Virus record (IMG/VR): IMGVR_UViG_3300017913_001079
Span: 1-29,918 of that record
Origin: a virus
Lineage: Duplodnaviria > Caudoviricetes
Direction: 5' to 3' (one strand)
Length of the DNA stretch: 29,918 nt
Shown: piece by piece, positions 25,565 through 29,918 of the stretch
Layout: every line of letters begins with the position of its first letter
Numbering within the stretch: the first letter of the stretch is position 1
Position numbers and translations under genes: made by a program
The notes under the pieces: model-generated
Seen by the model: only the letters and a program-made list of their open reading frames with translations
What the model was told of the DNA's origin: nothing
The model's database searches: none

Positions 25565-26998
25565 ATGAACGAAGATAGCAAAACATTGGCAAACAGACAA
25601 GGCTTGTCTCCTAATCTCGTAGATGCGGTTAGAGACGTTCTTTCTGGTAAGAAGCCTGAGATTGAAGCTGTAGACGACGAAGATACAGTTCAATTGCAAA
25701 AAGAACTGGAAACAACAGAAGAAGGTCTTGATCCAGTAAACAAGAAAGAGCTTAAAGGTAAGCACAAAGATCGTAAAGACAAAGACATCGATAATGATGG
25801 CGATGTTGATTCGACAGACAAATACCTGCACAAGCGCCGTAAAGCTGTATCCAAAGCTATTGGCGAAGCTGCATGTAAAAAGGGTATGTGTAAAGACGAA
25901 GACAAGAATGGTAAATGCGATACTTGTGGTGCCGATATGGATATGAAAGAGGGTGCCGACATGGTTCGCGACCCAAGAACTGGTCAGATGAAGTATAAGA
26001 CCGGTCGTATGCCTCTTTCTCTGCAACGTATGGCACGTCGTAAGCGTCCACTTGCTAAGCGTGTAATGCGTTCTAAAGTACAAGTAAACAGCTACGATCC
26101 AGAAGAAGTAGATGAAGGCAAGTTCAAAGATATGGTCACCAAAGACCAAGAGAACAAGCGCCTTGGTAAGACTAAAATGGTTGCTAACCCTCGCAATCAG
26201 AAAGTCCGCATGGTAACTCCTTCACGTGCTAAGATGGCTGTCAAGAAAGGCTTTGTATATGCAGAGCACTTTGAAGGTCTGAATGAAGATCCATACAAAG
26301 GTCAGCCAGTTGGTGTTAGTGTCACAATGAAGAACAAAGCTGGTAAAACAAATACCACTAAGTTCCCTGGTACACACTCCGCAGTTGCTGGTGCTAAGTC
26401 ACATATTGCACAAATGCAGAAAAAGGGCTACAAAGTACACAGTAAAGATCTGATGTATGGTAAGAACGAAGCTAGTATCGATAAGCTGTCTAGGTATATG
26501 AGTAAGTCAGCTGCTAACGTAACTGGCAAAGATGCTAAGACTCAAGACAAGCGTATCAAAGGTCAGTCAATGGCTGATAAGAAGATCCGTAAAGGTATGG
26601 GTTATTCAAGCGATGCTAAAGTTGCTGCTACTGAAGAAGTAAATGAAGCTCGTCGTGGTCGTCCAGCTAAGACACCAGTAGCTAACCAAGACACTGAAAC
26701 ACGTCACAACATCGTACATCAGCTGCGTAAGTCAGTTTCGCTTCGTGGTAATCATAGCGTCGAGTTTAAGGACGGTAAGAGTCATAAGATTTCAGCCAAG
26801 CATGCTTCTCAAGCACTTAACAAGTATAATAGCTTGAGAACAACTGGTGAGAAAGCAAACTATCAGAAACAACTTCACAAGTCGCATGATTCATTCCATT
26901 CGGCTCGTAAGTCTGATACACCAGGCGCTGCACCTAAGAAACCAGGTGTAAGTCTTGGTGGTGGTTCAGCAATTAGAAGAGCTATGAGTAAAGACTAA
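25565..26998 (+). CDS. basic modular late protein with DxDxDG Ca-binding-like motif
   Basis: DKDIDNDGDVDSTDKYLHKRRKA, CKDEDKNGKCDTCG and AT-hook-like RRGRP. Confidence 0.8.
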   Translation: MNEDSKTLANRQGLSPNLVDAVRDVLSGKKPEIEAVDDEDTVQLQKELETTEEGLDPVNKKELKGKHKDRKDKDIDNDGDVDSTDKYLHKRRKAVSKAIGEAACKKGMCKDEDKNGKCDTCGADMDMKEGADMVRDPRTGQMKYKTGRMPLSLQRMARRKRPLAKRVMRSKVQVNSYDPEEVDEGKFKDMVTKDQENKRLGKTKMVANPRNQKVRMVTPSRAKMAVKKGFVYAEHFEGLNEDPYKGQPVGVSVTMKNKAGKTNTTKFPGTHSAVAGAKSHIAQMQKKGYKVHSKDLMYGKNEASIDKLSRYMSKSAANVTGKDAKTQDKRIKGQSMADKKIRKGMGYSSDAKVAATEEVNEARRGRPAKTPVANQDTETRHNIVHQLRKSVSLRGNHSVEFKDGKSHKISAKHASQALNKYNSLRTTGEKANYQKQLHKSHDSFHSARKSDTPGAAPKKPGVSLGGGSAIRRAMSKD

Positions 26999-27318
26999 TG
27001 GCAATCAAAGCTGCTAATGTTGTAGAAAGAGGCGGTGAGCTTCCTGTTAAACCACAAAAGAAGTATGTGGAGCTCACTCCTCGTGTAGCAGCCAATAAAG
27101 TTCAACAAGTCCGTCAAAAGGACAATAAGATCAGAGCTGAGGATAAACCAAAAGTAAAAATCAGACCTGAAATGAAAAGTAATGATAAGAAGATTAGAGC
27201 AGAGGACAAGGTTAAGGGTACAAGAACGGTTAACATAAATAGACCTGTACAAACCTCTCAGTCCTCTACTCGAGAGATTTTAAAACCATCTCGTTATGTA
27301 GAAGATTTGATGAGATAA
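26998..27318 (+). CDS. basic hypothetical protein with internal repeat
   Basis: TAATG-coupled; DNKIRAEDKPK / DKKIRAEDKVK. Confidence 0.65.
   Translation: MAIKAANVVERGGELPVKPQKKYVELTPRVAANKVQQVRQKDNKIRAEDKPKVKIRPEMKSNDKKIRAEDKVKGTRTVNINRPVQTSQSSTREILKPSRYVEDLMR
27121..27210 (+). repeat. degenerate in-frame direct repeat (2 copies, 63-nt offset)
   Basis: gacaataagatcagagctgaggataaa versus gataagaagattagagcagaggacaag. Confidence 0.6.
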
Positions 27319-27334
27319 ACTAAGGAGACAAAAA

Positions 27335-27697
27335 ATGGCACAATGGGGTAATACAGATGACTCCGCCAACTGCGTAAGCTGGGCAAACCTTTCGCTCAAC
27401 GTAGCTAAGACAAAAGAAGAGCTCTATGGTAACACTACCGTTTCTGCTTCTATTGCAAATGCTCAAGTTGGCGTATTTGGTGTAAGCACAACAGAGATTG
27501 CAAACACGTTTGCTAACTCTTCCGTTTCGGCTGAAGCACTTGGTATTCCACATGCTGGTTGGGCGATCCGTACAGAAGGCCGTGGTGGTCGTGCTGGTCG
27601 TGTACAGTATGAAGTACTTGTTGCTATGTCATCGATCACTGGAGATGCTGGCCGTATTGCTGGTGATCCATCTGATGATGATGAACTGCCTGAATAA
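27335..27697 (+). CDS. probable virion structural protein
   Basis: SD AAGGAG. MAQWGNTD...HAGW...GRAGRVQYEVLVAM...GD..DDD resembles small T4-like virion proteins. Confidence 0.75.
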   Translation: MAQWGNTDDSANCVSWANLSLNVAKTKEELYGNTTVSASIANAQVGVFGVSTTEIANTFANSSVSAEALGIPHAGWAIRTEGRGGRAGRVQYEVLVAMSSITGDAGRIAGDPSDDDELPE

Positions 27698-27721
27698 TAT
27701 TTGATTCAGGAGGTCTAGATA

Positions 27722-28057
27722 ATGGCAACTGAAGTAAAAAAGATCTCAGAGTTAACAGCGGTAACGTCAGCCAACTCCACCGATTACATGGTGTTGGTTG
27801 ACGATACTTCTGGCACACCTGGTACTAAACGTATCAATGCCGGAGCACTGTTGACTACTGGTCTAAAGGCTAAGTTTGCTAATACAACTATTAGTCAACT
27901 ATCAGTGACAACAGATAAAATTGTTATCGATAACAGTAAAACTCCAACTAGTAGTTCGATGACTATTACTCAGGGTTCTATTTTCTATGATACAAACTAT
28001 CTGTATGTTGCTACAGCCAATAACACAATTAAAAGGGTAGCTCTGTCGACGTTCTAG
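27722..28057 (+). CDS. short fibre/decoration-like virion protein
   Basis: SD AGGAGG. N-terminal KKISELT...DYMVLVD...TKRI and C-terminal GSIFYDTNYLYVATANNTIKRVALSTF; T/S-rich. Confidence 0.7.
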   Translation: MATEVKKISELTAVTSANSTDYMVLVDDTSGTPGTKRINAGALLTTGLKAKFANTTISQLSVTTDKIVIDNSKTPTSSSMTITQGSIFYDTNYLYVATANNTIKRVALSTF

Positions 28058-28060
28058 ATT

Positions 28061-28444
28061 ATGGAAATACTTAGTGAGCGTAACTTCATGTTATATGCCG
28101 CTAAAAATTATGATAACCCTCAATGTATGGACGTTGACGAGTTTCGGGATGATTTGAAGCGATTTAATTATATCAAGAAGTTGTTTAACAAATATAAAAC
28201 AACTGGTGACCTTAAAGAGCATTTGATTATAAATCATCTGATTGTTGTGTATAATATATTTGGTGCAGAGTCAGCTACAAGAATGTTATTCTTCAAGCTG
28301 AAAGATTATCAAGAGATATTGAAACCGTTTTTAGTATTTCTTAATTATATGCCAGATATAGTTTATGGGGTGAATGAAGATCCAATTAGATCAACAGACA
28401 TTCCACTGGACAATAATATAGTAGTAAAGTTAAGAGAAATATAA
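28061..28444 (+). CDS. conserved T4-like hypothetical protein
   Basis: NFMLYAAKNYDNPQC...DLKRFNYIKKL...LIINHLIVVYNIFG. Confidence 0.8.
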   Translation: MEILSERNFMLYAAKNYDNPQCMDVDEFRDDLKRFNYIKKLFNKYKTTGDLKEHLIINHLIVVYNIFGAESATRMLFFKLKDYQEILKPFLVFLNYMPDIVYGVNEDPIRSTDIPLDNNIVVKLREI

Positions 28445-28965
28445 TGGCCGCAGTAGATATCTTTATGACATATCAGTTCATTAAGAAACTGACTACACCT
28501 TTCAATAAGTGGCCTGCATATAAAGCTGGCGTTATTGACAAAGATGGTAATATCCTTATCAAGCGTAAGGATATGAATACTACTACGCAAAAGAATTCAT
28601 TCAAACTATTTGATCTCCTTGTATTAAATCTCAAAAAACTGCTGGCCAAGTTCCCGGGTGGTAGATCAAAGATTGCCACCTATGCTGCTGCACTGTTCCT
28701 CATCAAGGAAGCCAAGAACTACGATGAAGATTCTATGGCTAACCTTGAAGAGGACTTTGCAGACTTCTTTGCTCAAAATGCTGCAATGATTGCTGAAAAT
28801 ATGGAAGAAGATGCACCTGTCAATAATGTTGGTGATGGTAACATTGCTGGCACAAGAGCAGATGGTCTAAAGATTACTCCAAAGCGCCGCAAGAAATATA
28901 AAGATCAAAATGCAATTGATCAGAAAAACATCGCTATGAATATTAGGAGAATTACAAATGCTTAG
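28444..28965 (+). CDS. conserved T4-like hypothetical (probable head-associated) protein
   Basis: YQFIKKLTTPFNKWPAYKAGVIDKDG, YAAALFLIKE and MEEDAPVNNVGDGNIAG. Confidence 0.8.
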   Translation: MAAVDIFMTYQFIKKLTTPFNKWPAYKAGVIDKDGNILIKRKDMNTTTQKNSFKLFDLLVLNLKKLLAKFPGGRSKIATYAAALFLIKEAKNYDEDSMANLEEDFADFFAQNAAMIAENMEEDAPVNNVGDGNIAGTRADGLKITPKRRKKYKDQNAIDQKNIAMNIRRITNA

Positions 28966-29422
28966 TGGTATTTTAGGTTCCCTGCTTGGGTTTAGTGGTT
29001 CTGTAGTACCAGCTATTACAGATCACTTTAAGACTAAGAACGAACAAAAGTTTGAACTCCAGAAGATGGAGAAAATGGCTGAGTTACGTAAAGCTGGATT
29101 TGACCATGAAATGAAGATGTTTGAGCAGCAAGCTGCTGATAAAGAACATGAAAGGTTAATCCAACATGATATATCAATCAATCAAGGCACGGGTTTCATC
29201 GCTGGCTTACAAAAGTCAGTACGACCTGTCATTACATATTGCTTCTTTGGACTCTTTGCTGCCATTGAAGTTACTCTTTTAATTGAGGCTCTGGAACAAG
29301 GAAAGTCTGTCGCAGAGTCGTTGAACATCCTTTGGGATGAGGACACTAAAGCGATCTTCGCGGCTATCATTTCTTTCTGGTTTGGATCTAGAGCAATTGA
29401 TAAGACGCGGAGAAATCGATGA
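28958..29422 (+). CDS. holin-like membrane protein (3-TM, GTA-holin-like)
   Basis: Hydrophobic N-terminus, SVRPVITY followed by a TM segment, and IISFWFGSR followed by a basic tail. Confidence 0.6.
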   Translation: MLSGILGSLLGFSGSVVPAITDHFKTKNEQKFELQKMEKMAELRKAGFDHEMKMFEQQAADKEHERLIQHDISINQGTGFIAGLQKSVRPVITYCFFGLFAAIEVTLLIEALEQGKSVAESLNILWDEDTKAIFAAIISFWFGSRAIDKTRRNR

Positions 29423-29918
29423 AGTATATTGTAACAATCCTCTTTCTAATTCTTGCTGTCACTTATAGCCATTCTGCTGAAGCAAAAGACTCTGGCTCAG
29501 TTAATATTGGCTACAAAGTAGAAGATAGTGTTGGTAAGAATATCAATGCTCATCAAAAATGGAATAAAGAATACGAACAGTGGCAGTTTGAAACAGAAAC
29601 AAATTACTACTATACAACTATTGACGGTGTTGAGAAAACAAGTCGTGGTGATGGTGAATATGAAGTGATTCTCAAACTGTCTGAGAAACACTACGCCATC
29701 AACAATGTAGGTTTCAACTATAACAAATTCAGAGAAACACAAAAGTTTCGCCCTCATATGGGTGTTGGTTGGGGTTGGAAACTCTATCGTGATGATAGAT
29801 GGAAAGTATCCAACGAACTGACACTGACTATGATGGGTATTGAAGGTTATAGTGAGATGGTTTATCGTAACTCACTTTGGGTTCGTTATAAGCATCCAGA
29901 AAGTAAATGGACACTGAC
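29419..29918 (+). CDS. signal-peptide-bearing outer-membrane beta-barrel protein (DUF481/YdiY-like), 3'-truncated
   Basis: Not in the ORF track; open to the window end. MKYIVTILFLILAVTYSHSAEA|KDSGSVNIGY...FNYNKFR...MGVGWGWKLY...YRNSLWVRYK has alternating aromatic amphipathic strands. Confidence 0.7.
   Translation, partial: MKYIVTILFLILAVTYSHSAEAKDSGSVNIGYKVEDSVGKNINAHQKWNKEYEQWQFETETNYYYTTIDGVEKTSRGDGEYEVILKLSEKHYAINNVGFNYNKFRETQKFRPHMGVGWGWKLYRDDRWKVSNELTLTMMGIEGYSEMVYRNSLWVRYKHPESKWTL

Noticed and set aside
27234-27241. CATAAATA late-promoter variant upstream of 27335
   Set aside because: One mismatch and inside a coding region; plausible but unsupported.
1-29918. CRISPR arrays, tRNA genes, IS/integrase, alternative genetic code, restriction-site avoidance
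   Set aside because: No spaced repeats, cloverleafs or transposases were seen. Genes read through intact in code 11 with all three stops used. GATC, GAATTC and GGATCC all occur, and depletion cannot be judged without counting.

Overview
This is a 29.9 kb segment of a T4-like myovirus genome with marine cyanophage/pelagiphage-type gene order. The host is probably Gram-negative, and every credible gene is on the + strand. (1) 1-6755: nucleotide- and sugar-modification cluster with queD (partial), queE, a purine phosphoribosyltransferase, a cupin, folE, a QueD paralogue (DpdL-like), a TGT-fold DpdA-like transglycosylase, a gp1.7/DUF3310-like protein, a dUTPase-fold enzyme, gmd and a GT-A glycosyltransferase. 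(2) 6756-17753: T4 core replication module gp45-gp44-gp62-regA-hsp20-(M15 peptidase, dCMP deaminase)-gp43-uvsX-gp41. (3) About 17770-17975: a structured non-coding RNA candidate between a late promoter and a terminator. (4) 18144-29918: a mostly late region with TATAAATA promoters, containing a nuclease, a KxDG ligase-like protein, a glycosyltransferase, several large basic modular proteins punctuated by prohead-protease-like [ILVMF]-x-E sites (one carrying a HIGH-family nucleotidyltransferase), small virion proteins, a holin-like protein and a truncated outer-membrane beta-barrel. The most interesting items are the extended 7-deazaguanine plus salvage plus sugar cluster, the putative protease-processed capsid cargo polyproteins, the ncRNA and several RNA/promoter control elements. 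All family calls come from motif recognition by eye; no database search was run.
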